From the NCBI GenBank assembly GCA_038087875.1, contig CM075990.1, forward strand, positions 3,970,001-4,034,000: a stretch of 64,000 nt of DNA. The letters are read 5' to 3'. The DNA comes from Malacoraja senta. Its lineage: Eukaryota. The position numbers were made by a program, and so were the translations under genes. The notes under the pieces were generated by a model. That model worked only from the letters and a program-made list of their open reading frames with translations, made no database searches and had not been told where the DNA came from. Below are positions 38,241-49,359 of this stretch, one piece after another. Within the stretch, counting starts at the first letter, position 1; each line of letters starts with the position of its first letter.

Positions 38241-40787
38241 CTGAAGAAAAAAAAAGATAAGCCATCAAAAGTCATGAAGTGGGCTCATTACATTTCCCAC
38301 TCTTGCTCCTGTATGGCCTACACTGGGACCCAGTGCCGTACAGCCCACATCCACGTCCACGTCATTCCATGGGCAAAGGTAGACACAAAAAGCTGGAGTC
38401 AGGCAGCATCTCTGGAGAAAAGGAACAGATGACATTTTGGGTCTAGACCCTTCTTCAGACTCGAAGATCTCTGGAGAATCTAAAGGATGTCTGAAGAAGG
38501 GTCTCGACCTGAAATGTCACCCATTCCTTCTCTCCAGGGATGCTGCCTAACCCGCTGAGTTACTCCAGCATTTTGCGTCGATCTTCGGTTTAAACCAACG
38601 TCTGCAGTTCCTTCCTGCACATGAGATGAGTGAGATCTCCTTTAACTTTCTAGACTAGCCAACTATGGCGGGACCTTGTCAAAGGCCTTGCTAATGTCCA
38701 TACATACAACATCCTCTGCCCTGCCCTCATCAATGGGTGACCTCTTCAAAAAGCTATCAGATTTGTGAGACATGATTTCCCCCCCTCCCCACACACACAC
38801 GCACACACACGCAGCCATGCCGACTATTAGTTTAGTTTAGAGATACAGCGCAGAAACAGGCCCTACAGCCCACCAAGCCCGCACCGACCAGCGATCACCG
38901 CACATTAACACTACCCCACACACGCTCGGGACAATTTTACATTGATACCAAGCCAATTAATCAACAAACCTGTATGTCTTTGGAGTGTGGGAGGAAACCG
39001 AAGAACTCGGAGAAAAACCCACTTGGTCACGGGGAAAAGGTACAAACTCCGTACAGACAAGCACCCGTAGTCAGGATGGAACCCGGATCTCTGGCGCTGT
39101 GAGGCAGCAACTCTACCGCGGTACCACCGTGACTATCTCTAGCCAGTCCGTGCCTGTCCAAATGCTGGCGGATCCGATCACTAAGTATCCGCTCCAACAA
39201 CTTTCCAAACACTGACATCAGGCTCACCGGCCTGTAGCTCCCAGGCCTGTTCTTGCTGCCCTCCTTAAGTAACTGTTCAACATCAGCCACCCTCCAGCCT
39301 TCCAGCACGACATTTGTGGTGAAAGATCATTTTTTTATTTTTTTTTATAATAATATTTTTATTAGAGGCAGGTACATATTATATTGAAAACATTTCATGT
39401 ATATCATTCCTGCATTACTAATATTATCGATTGATATTCACTCTGCCTCTAGTATTTTTTTTTTTATATAGGTAGAAAATAAGAGAATAACAGAAAGAGA
39501 AAAAAAGGGATGATAAAGAAGAATGGAATAAATTACTAAAAGTACAACGTTGGAGATATATTCGTACATTTTAAAATATAACTTTTCATCTAATCCTTAA
39601 TTCGAGTTTCAGTCAGGTTCTCGTGTTCTGATAAAAAGTTCTTGTTTGTCCATTAAGATCTTTAAAGCGGCATCCATCATTTCCACCTTCGCCTCCCACA
39701 CGGTTCGAGAATGCACGTGGTCAGGCCCTATCTAAAAGCCTCTTAAACGCCACGATCGTATCTGCCTCCACCACTGCCGGCAGTGTGTTCCAAGCCCCTA
39801 CCACCCTCTGTGTAAAAAAACTTGCCCCGCACATCTCCATTAAACCTTCCTACTCTTGCCTTATAACTCTGCCCTCTAGTGCTGGGCATTCCCACTCTGG
39901 GATAAAGCTTCTGACTGTTTACCCTTCTTATAATTTTATAAACGTTTATCAAGTCTCCCCTCAACCTCCGACGTTCCAATCCAAGTCTAATCCACTTGAA
40001 ACCCTCTAATCCGGACAGTATTCTGGTAAACCTCCTCTGCACCTTCCCCAAAGTCTCCTGGGCCGACCAGAACTGCACGCAGTACTCCAAATGTGTAAAT
40101 GGATTCTGTGTAAAAATCTTGCCCCCCACGTCTCCTTTAAGCATTGCCCCTCTCGCCATAAAACTACACCCTCCAGTCTTTGACGTCTCCAGGCTGGGCT
40201 GCCGTGAGACTCTCTCTCCTGCTCTGGGAATGTTTGCCCCTCACTCTCCCTCCCCACCTTCACCCCTCTCCACTCCCCGCTGGCGATCAGCAGCAGTGGT
40301 GTTTGTAGAGACTCGGACTAAACACACATTCGTAAATTCATAATTTCACTGGTTCTAGGAGCAGAATCAGGCCGTTCGGCCCATCAAGTCTACTCCGCCA
40401 TTCAATCTTGCCAGATCTATCTTTCCCTCCTAACCCCATTCTCCTGCCTTCTCCCCATAACCCCTAGCACTCGTGCTAATCAAGAATCTATCTCTGCCTT
40501 AAAGATATCCATTGACTTGGCCTCCACAGCCTTCTGTGGCAATGAATTCCACAGATTCACCACTCTCTAACTAAAGAAATTCCTCCTCATCTCCTTTCTA
40601 AAGGTACGTCTTTTATTCTGAAGCTGTGGCCTCTGGTCCTAGACTCTCCCACTAGTGCAAACATCCTCTCCACATCCACTCTATCCGGGCCTTTCACTAT
40701 TCGGTAAGTTTCAATGAGGTTCCCCCTCATCCTTCTAAACTCCAGCGATTACAGGCCCAGTGCCGTCAAATTCACGTGGTACATTAC

Positions 40788-40854
40788 CTGAGAGGAGAAG
40801 GCAGAAGGAGGCGGCCAGTGTGAGCTGGGCCTGTAGTATGTGAGCCGCGGCCAT
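40788..40854 (-). CDS. Uncharacterised secreted protein exon 1, signal peptide (MAAAHILQAQLTLAASFCLLLS)
   Basis: ATG about 55 nt below TATAAA; hydrophobic core; CAG|gtaatg donor; 67 nt. Confidence 0.8.
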
Positions 40855-40909
40855 CCAACTGATGTTCACTCACTCACTCACTCACCCTGACCTGTCGTGC
40901 CGGCTGCCG

Positions 40910-41036
40910 TTTATACTGGTCATTGCTGGCACCAGTGGCTCGGGCAGAGCACAGGGAATGTTAATCATTACACAGCTTGAGAGATCCCCCACACACAGGA
41001 TTGTTCAAGGCAGGGAGATGGATTGGGCAAAGTCCG
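40910..41036 (-). promoter_or_regulatory. Putative promoter: TATA (40910-40915), HNF1-like (40960-40972), CCAAT (41022-41026), HNF4-like (41024-41036)
   Basis: TATAAA on -; GTTAATCATTACA versus consensus GTTAATNATTAAC; TGGGCAAAGTCCG versus the HNF4 CAAAGTCCA core. Motif matches only. Confidence 0.6.
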
Positions 41037-43439
41037 TGCAGTCTTTGTTTCCCAGGGGGAGACTTTACTGCTGAGAGTTGACCCGGATACTTCACTCATG
41101 GTGAGGTGGCCCGATGGTGGGGAAACAGCAGGGAGTTACGTGGGGGAGTGGGCCAAGCTGGGAAAGGGCAACCGTGCAGATCTGTGCAGGAAAAAACAAT
41201 TTGGGATCGATTGGAACAAAGAATATAGAACCATCGTCATAGTTATAGAGTGATACAGTGTGGAAACAGGCCCTTCGGCCCAACTTGCCCACACCGACCA
41301 ACATGTCCCAGCTACACTAGTCCCACCTGCCTGCGTTTGGTCCACATCCCTCCAAACCTGTCCTATCCATGTGCCTGTCCAACTCTTTCTTAAATGTTGG
41401 GATAGACCCAGCCTCAACAACCTCCTCTGGCAGCTTGTTCCATACACCCACCACCCTTTGTGTGAAAAAGTTACCCCTTACATTCCTATTAAATCTTTTC
41501 CCCTTCACCTTAAACCTATGTCCTCTGGTCCTCGATTCCCCTACTCTGGCAAGAGACTCTACCCGATCTATTCCTCATGATTTTATACACTATACAGCAC
41601 ATAAATAGGCCCTTCAGCCCACAATGTCCATGCCAGACATCATGCCAAGTTAAACTGATCCCTGCCTGCACGTGATCCATATCATGTCACAAGGAATAGG
41701 AGTAGAATTAAGCCATTCGGCCCATCAAGTCTACTCTGTCATTCAATCTGATCTATCTCTCCCTCCTAACCCCATTTTCCTGCCCTCCCCATAACCTCTG
41801 ACACCTATACTAATCAAGAATCTATCTATCTCTGCCTTAAAAATATCCACTGATATCCATCAAACCCTGTATATCCATGTGCCCATTGAAAACCCTCTTA
41901 AATGCCTCTATCATATCTGCTTCCACCACCGGCCCTGGCGTAATGTTCCAGGCACCCACCGCCCTCTGCGCAAATTAACTTGCCCCAACTACAACTCCTT
42001 TAAACCTTCGCATTTCACCTTAAAACTATGCCTTTTAGAAAGCATCAAACTGTGCATTTTAGTCTTTGACACTGGAGATAAAGTTCCCATTGTCTCCCCA
42101 TTCGATGACATCGGTAATTTTGTAAACTTCTGTCAGGTCTCCGCTCAATCTCCGATGCTCCAGATTGTTCCATCCAAGTTTCTTCAACAGCTTCTTCTAG
42201 TTAATACACTTGAATCCAGGCAGTGTTCTAGTAAACCTCTGCCCTCTCCCCAAAGCTTCCACATCCTTCCTGTAATGGGGTGACCAGACTGCACACCAAT
42301 GCCGCCTAACCAAAGCCTTATAAAGCTGCAACATGGTTCCCTGACTTTGAAACTCAATGCCCGACTAATGAAGACATGCATTGGTGGAGTGGCACGGTGG
42401 CGCAGCAGTTAGAGCTGCAGCCTCGCAGTGCCAAAGACCCAGGTTCGATCCTGACTTTGGGTGCTCTCTGTTTGGAGTTTGTACCTCCCCCATGTGAACG
42501 CATGGGTTTTTCCCGGGTGCTCCAGTTTCCTCTCGCACTCCAAAGACATACAGGTTTCTAGGTTAATTGGCTTCAGTAAAGATTATAAATTGTCCTTAGT
42601 GTGCGGGATAGTGTAAGTGTGCCTTGTTTACTGATCGGCGCAGACTTTGTGGGCTGTATCTCTAAACAAATTAAACTAAAGCGTACCATACAGCTAGATT
42701 ACACTTTATCTATTTAGCGGTGCTGGCACGAAGGGCCGAATGGCCTACTCCTGCACCTATTGTCTATTGTCTATTTGTTTGTGACCTCCATCGCAAGCAG
42801 AACAGAATCCACGCCCTCCATGCAAGAACAGCCCATCACCTGCATAAGTGGGGGGTGACAGACAGCCCTGCTTGCGATGCGGACATCTAGACCAGACCAT
42901 CGCAGACATCGTGAATGACTGCCCATTGAGGCCTTTCCCTGGGGGCATCAAAGCCATCTACCCAGTGACTGATGCTGCCCTGGCCTGGATGTCTACCCTA
43001 GATCTACAACTTTCGGCTGTGCACACCATACACTAGAAGACCACTTTATCGACTGGTGTCACCACGTTCAGAGAGTTACAGACACGGAACCCAAGGACCC
43101 CTGTCCACATTGACGCTGTCGAGGGTCTTGCCATTAATTATATATTTTCCCCCTTACATTCGTTCTCCCAAAGTGCAAAAGTGGTAGCGCGCAGTCACGG
43201 ACTTACGCAGCACAGAAACGGACCATCCATTGCAAGTCAAACCAGGGCAGAGCCCTCACAGTGCATGTCAGGGCTCTGCGGAGGGATGTAGTGGAGGAAT
43301 CTAGGAGTGCAGGTGGTCAAGAAGGCTTTGGCACATTGGCCTTCATCAGTCAGGACACTGAGTACAGAAGTTGGGACATTATGTTACTGTTGGACAAGAT
43401 ATTTCTGAAGCCACAATTGGAGTGTAGTGTTCAGTTTTA

Positions 43440-43713
43440 AGCCCCTGTCTCACTTTCCCGAGTTACTCACGAATTCTCCCGAGTTTTCCCCTTGATTCAA
43501 ACTCGGAGATCCCAGCCGTAGGTACTCGGGGATATTTTTTTTACTCGTGGACATTTTTCAACATGCTGGAAAAACGTCCCGACTTACCTGATGCCCCGAT
43601 TACCTACGTACGAGCTGCTACGAAATATCTACGGACTCCCTACGGACATTCTCCGAGTTTGAATCAAGGGGAAAACTCGGGAGAATTCGTGAGTAACTCG
43701 GGAAAGTGGGACT
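43440..43713. mobile_element. Harbinger-type MITE, internally deleted relative of 37041-37390, inserted in a CR1 fragment
   Basis: Shared arms CACTTTCCCGAGTTACTCACGAATTCTCCCGAG; TTA flanks. Confidence 0.8.
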
Positions 43714-44534
43714 TTAGTCAGACTGCTACAGGAAAGAATAGAAACATAGAAACATAGAAAAAATGTGCAGGGGTAGGCCATTCGGCCCTTCGAGCCTGCA
43801 CCGCCATTCAATATGATCATGGCTGATCATCCAACTCAGTATCCCGTACCTGCCTTCTCTCCATACCCCCTGATCCCTTTAGCCACAAGGGGCCACATCT
43901 AACTCCCTCTTAAATATAGCCAATGAACTGGCATCAACTACCTTCTGTGTGGCAGAGAGTTCCAGAGATTCACCACTCACTGTGTGCCATTAATGTCATT
44001 AAGGGTGGCACGGTGGCGCAGCGGTAGAGTTGCTGCCTCACAGCGCCAGTGTCCCGAATCAATCCTGACTGTGGGTGCTGTCTGTACAGAGTTTGCTTGT
44101 TCTCCCCGTGACCACGTGGGTTTTCTCCAGGTGCCCCGGTCTCCTCCCACATCCCAAGGATGTGCAGGTCTGTAAGTTAATTGGCTCCGATAAAATTGTA
44201 AATTGTCCCTAGTGTATAGGATCGTGCTAGTGTACGGGGTGATTGCCGGTCGGCGTGGACAAGGTGGGCCGAAGGACCTGTTACTGTGCAGTATCTCCGG
44301 AGTCTAAAGAAGAAGATAACCCCGTCAACCAGGCAACTGTCTGAATAGGTACACAAAAATGCTGGAGAAACTCAGCGGGTGCAGCAGCATCTATGGAGCG
44401 ATGGAAATAGGCAACGTTTCAGGCCGAAACCCTTCTTCAGACTGATGGGGGGTGGACGGCGAAGGAAATAGGCAACGTTTCGGGCCGAAACCCTTCTTCA
44501 TGTCTGAATAGACTGTCTGAATAGGATTGGGGAG

Positions 44535-44870
44535 AGGGGACAAATCATCCTCCACGATAATCCTCAACACTGGTGCTCCGCAAGGATGTGTTCTCAGCCC
44601 CTTCTTCACTCCTTGTACACCCACCACTGTGCAGCAATGCACAAATCTAATTCCATTTTCAAATTCGCAGACGACACCACCATTGTGGGCCGGATATCCA
44701 ATAATAATGAGACGGAGTACAGGAAGGAGATCGAGATCCTCGTGTCCTGGTGTCGAGACAACAACCTTTCCCTCAATGTCAGCAAGACAAAGGAGATAGT
44801 GAGTGACCTCAGGAAGCAAAGCGGTACACATACCCCTGCTTGCATTGACAGCACCGATGTAAAGATGGGT
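44535..44870 (+). mobile_element. Rex1/Babar-like LINE RT fragment
   Basis: LNTGAPQGCVLSP, SLYTH, IFKFADDTTIVGRISNNNETEYRKEI. Confidence 0.8.
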
Positions 44871-46044
44871 GATGTAGAGAAGGTGAGATGTTGTCAAGCT
44901 GGAAAGGGTGCAGAGAAGATTTACGAGGATGTTGCTCGAGGGAGAGGGAGAGGTTGAGTAGGCTGGGACTCTATTCCCTGGAGCGCAGGAGGATGAGGGG
45001 TGATCTTGTAGAGGTGCATAAAATCGTGAGAGGAATAGATTGCATAGATGCACAGAGTCTCATGCCCAGAGTAGGGGAATCGAGGACCAGAGGACATAGG
45101 TTCAAGGTGAAGGGGGGAAAGATTTACTAGGAATCTAATAGGGGAAACATTTTCACACAGGGTGTATGGAACAAGCTGCCAGAGGAGATAGCTGTGGCAG
45201 GGACTACTCCAACATTTAAGAAACCGTTGGACATAGGATAGATAGGATAGCTTTGGAGGGATATGGACCAAATGCGGGCAGGTGGGACTGGTGTAGGTGG
45301 GACATATTGGCCGGTGTGGGCAAGTTGGGCCGAAGGGCCTGTTTCCACATTGTATCACTCTGTGACTCTATGACGATGGTTCTATATTCTTTGTTCCAAT
45401 CGATCCCAAATTGTTTTCTCCTGCTCAGATCTGCACGGTTGCCCTTTCCCAGCTTGGCCCACTCCCCCACGTAACTCCCTGCTGTTTCCCACCATCGGGC
45501 CACCTCACCATGAGTGAAGTATCTGGGTCAACTCTCAGCAGTAAAGTCTCCCCCTGGGAAACAAAGACTGCACGGACTTTGCCCAATCCATCTCCCTGCC
45601 TTGAACAATCCTGTGTGTGGGGGATCTCTCAAGCTGTGTAATGATTAACATTCCCTGTGGTCTGCCTGAGCCACTGCCGCAGCTCACACACTACAGGCCG
45701 CAGCTCACACTGGCCACCTATGGTAAGATACCACGAGCATTTGACGGCACTGGGCCTGTACTCGCTGGAGTTCAGAAGAATGAGGTAGTTGAGGCTGGGA
45801 CTACTCCAACATTTAAGAAAAAGTTAGACAAAAGAGCTGGAGAAACTCAGCGGGTGCAGCAGCATCTATGGAGCGAAGGAAATAGGCAACGTTTCGGGTC
45901 GAGACCCTTCTTCAGAAGTTAGACAGGTACATGGATACGACAGGTTTGCAGGGATATGGATGAAACGCAGGCAGGTGGGACTAGTGTAGCTGGGGCAAGT
46001 TGGGCCGAAGGGCCTGTTTCCACACTGTATCACGCTATGACTCT

Positions 46045-47245
46045 ACGCTTGAAAACTTCAAATTCCTAGGAGTCAAATCACCAACAACTTCTCCTGGACA
46101 TCTCATATTGAAGCAACGATCAAGAAAGCACACCAACTTCCTTAGAAGGCTTAGGAAGTTTGGCATGTCCCCTATAACTCTCACCAACTTCTACAGATGC
46201 ACCATAGAAAGCATTTTATCGGGATGCATCACAGCTTGGTTTGGGAACAAGTCCGTCCAAGCCCGCAAGAAATTGCAGAGAATTGTGGACCAGGAACAAA
46301 GAGGACCAGGTCAGTCAAAGGCCATTACTGCCCAATGATCATAGCTTGTCACGGGTGGACAACCCAAGGGGCAATATCTAGCGCCCAAATTCACAAGTTC
46401 CTAATGTTCTAGGAGTTGTTATTAGGACATCTGCCCCATCAAGTCTACTCCACCATTCAATCGTGGCTGATCTGACTGACATCAGTCACTCCCTGCAAAA
46501 AGCCCCCTTGGACAACACCGGCCACTTCACTGCCCCCTGTCACTCTACACTGGCCACTTCACTGCCCCGGTCACTCTACACCGGGCTCTTCACTGCCCCG
46601 GTCACTCTACACTGGCCACTTCACTGCCCCGGTCACTCTACACCGGGCTCTTCACTGCCCCGGTCACTCTACACCGGCCACTTCACTGCCCCCTGTCACT
46701 CTACACTGGCCACTTCACTGCCCCGGTCACTCTACACCGGTCACTTCACTGCCTGCGGTCACTACACCGGTCACTTTACTCCCTGCGGTCACTACAGTGG
46801 CCACTTCACTGCCCGTGGTCACTCTACACCGGTCACTTCACTGCCCCCAGTCGGTAGGAGGGGGTTGCCTCAGCAAGGCCAGCAACATAATCAAGGACGA
46901 GTCACTCCCTCTTCTCCCCACTCCCATCAGGCAAAAGGTAAAGTGTGAAAACGCACACCTCCAGATTCAGGGACAGTTTCTTCCCAGCTGTTATCAGGCA
47001 ACTGAACCATCCTACCACAACTAGCGAGCAGTGCTGAACTACTATCTACCTCACTGGTGACCCTTGGACTATCCTTGATCAAACTTTGTTGGTTTTACCT
47101 TGCACTAAACGTTATTCCCTTTTCTTGTATCTGTACACTGTGAATGGCTTGATAGTAATTATGTATTGTCTTTCCACTGACTGGTTAGCACGCAACAAAA
47201 GCTTTTCACTGTTCACTTTTCACATGTGACAATAAACTGAACTGT
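46045..47245 (+). mobile_element. Rex1/Babar-like LINE 3' fragment, interrupted at about 46290-46860 by foreign DNA
   Basis: FLRRLRKFGMSPITLTNFYRCTIESILSGCITAWFGN...KKLQRIV, resuming as CLSKASNIIKDES. Confidence 0.8.
46516..46848. repeat. 31-bp minisatellite CCACTTCACTGCCCCGGTCACTCTACACCGG, about 10 copies
   Basis: Direct reading. Confidence 0.92.
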
Positions 47246-49359
47246 CTCGCCTAACTTGCTCGCAATTTGCTTAAAGCTGCATCAAGCAATAAAGGCCAGT
47301 GAGGCTGAGGATAAGCTGACTCTAAACTTTAGCGGCGATTCTGCAATTTATCCTCATTTCATGCCTGACGTCTCTTGGCTTTCATCTTTGACTGAGCACA
47401 AACAGAGAGTAAAAGTGTCATTTATATCTTAAAATAGCTTCTGAGCGCAGTTATATCATATCAGTCATTTTACTTAATGGATCTATTAACACTGAATAAG
47501 GCAACAGGCGATGGGGAGCCGATGTACACAAAGAGAGGCTATGGCGTTTAGTTTAGTTTAGAGATACAGCGCAGAAACAGGCCTTTCGACCCACCGAGTC
47601 CGCGCCGACCAGCGATCCCCGACCAGAATCGCCTTTGATTATGCTGGTGGCCTTACTGGGACAACATCAGGTGTAGATGGAGTCAATGGAAGGGAGGTTG
47701 GTTTGTGTGATGGTCTGGGCTCCATCCACAATTCTTTGCAATTTCTTGCGGTCTTGGATGGAGCTGTTCCCAAACCAGGCCATGATGCATCCTGATAAAA
47801 TGCTTTCTACGGCGCATCTGTGGAAAAATCTTCAATAGTTTGGTCAAACACAAACCCATGCCAACTCTGCTCAGATCTTATCTTCTTGGTATTTTGCTAT
47901 CATGTTATAGATTCCTACATTTTCCCTGGGATTATCTTTGATCAGACTTTATCTTGCATTCAACATGATATCCTTTCATGCATCTGTAAACTGTGGACGG
48001 CTCGATTGTAATCATGCATTGTCTTTCCGCTGACTGGTCAGCAGGCAACAAAAGCTTTTCACTGCAAAAAATAGACAATAAACGAAATTCAAACTGAATG
48101 TGATGTTAATAAATTGGATTACATTTAAGGATAGCACAGCACCGAGACGACAAGATATACCCCTCCAAAGTGCCTCTGTTCTTTACATTGCAGTGATTGT
48201 CCTGGGAATTAAGAACTAGGTGTGGTATCATTTTATTAGTTTGGTTCCATACACCTGAGACAGTACCAGCTCAGTAGCACCACCATCCACCAGCCCATGG
48301 TACTGCAGCCACATCCACAACATTAAAAGATGCCAGGGCCTTCCCTTGCCAAGTCTACCTGTGACCAAGACCACAAAGGTGGCCTGTGGGCAGCAGGTGG
48401 GAGTTGAAGTAAAGGGGATAATCTTGTTGCCACTTTACCCATAGTTCCCCAAGTTCCCTGTACAGGGAGATGGGAGAAACCTCCAGCCTTTCTATGGGAA
48501 GTAGGAACCGAGCTTACCTCTAATTCTAGGGTCTCTTTAATGTTGATGAACAAGGGCCCCAACCCAAAATATTTGTTCCTCAATACTGTGGAGATGCAGC
48601 TGGTATTACCCCCATTTCTATTTTACAGAAATGATATTTGAATCCAGAATGTTACCATTTTACAATCGTTACCAGACCCAAAGACAAGTGTAGTAATATA
48701 TTCATTCATGCACGGTGGCGCAGCAGTAGAGTTGCTGCCTTACAGCATCAGAGATCCGGGTTTGAACCTGACTACGGGCGCTGTCTGTACGGAGTTTGTA
48801 CGTTCTCCCTGTGACCTGCTTGTGTTTTCTCCGGGAGCTCCGGTTTCCTCCCACACTCCTAAGATGTACAGGTTTGTAAGTTAATTGGCTTTGGTATAAT
48901 TGTAAATTGTCTTTAGCGTGTTTAGGATGGTGTTAGTGTGCAGGAGTCGTTGGTTGGCACGGGCTCGATGGGCCGAAGGGCCTGTTTCCGCGCTGCACGC
49001 TGAACGCTACTGACAGATTCATGCAGGCTTCGTGAGAGAAACAGATGGGTATGATGAGAAATAAAATGCAAATCTATACCAAGAGCCAGAAAACAAGATC
49101 AACTGATAATTCTTTCAAAGGGGCGTCACGGTGGCATAACTGGTAGAGCCACTGCCGTGGAGTGCCAGAGACCTAAGTTCAATCCTGATAGCAAGTGCTG
49201 TCTGCGTGGAGTTTGCACGTTCTCACAGTGCCCACCTGGGCTTCTACTGGGTGTTCTGGGTTCCTCCCACATCCCTAAGACGTGCAGGTTTGCAGGTTAA
49301 ATGGCTTCTGTAAATTGCCCCTTGTGTGTAGCAAGTGGATAAGAAAACAGGATAACACA

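Larger units (their letters stand above)
30306..40854 (-). other. Six-exon gene for an uncharacterised 227-aa secreted Cys-rich protein with a sushi/CCP-like module
   Basis: join(40854-40788, 38240-38158, 35250-35136, 33340-33228, 32201-32087, 30496-30306) = 684 nt, open frame from ATG to TAA, all introns GT-AG with matching phases (1,0,1,0,1). Confidence 0.88.
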
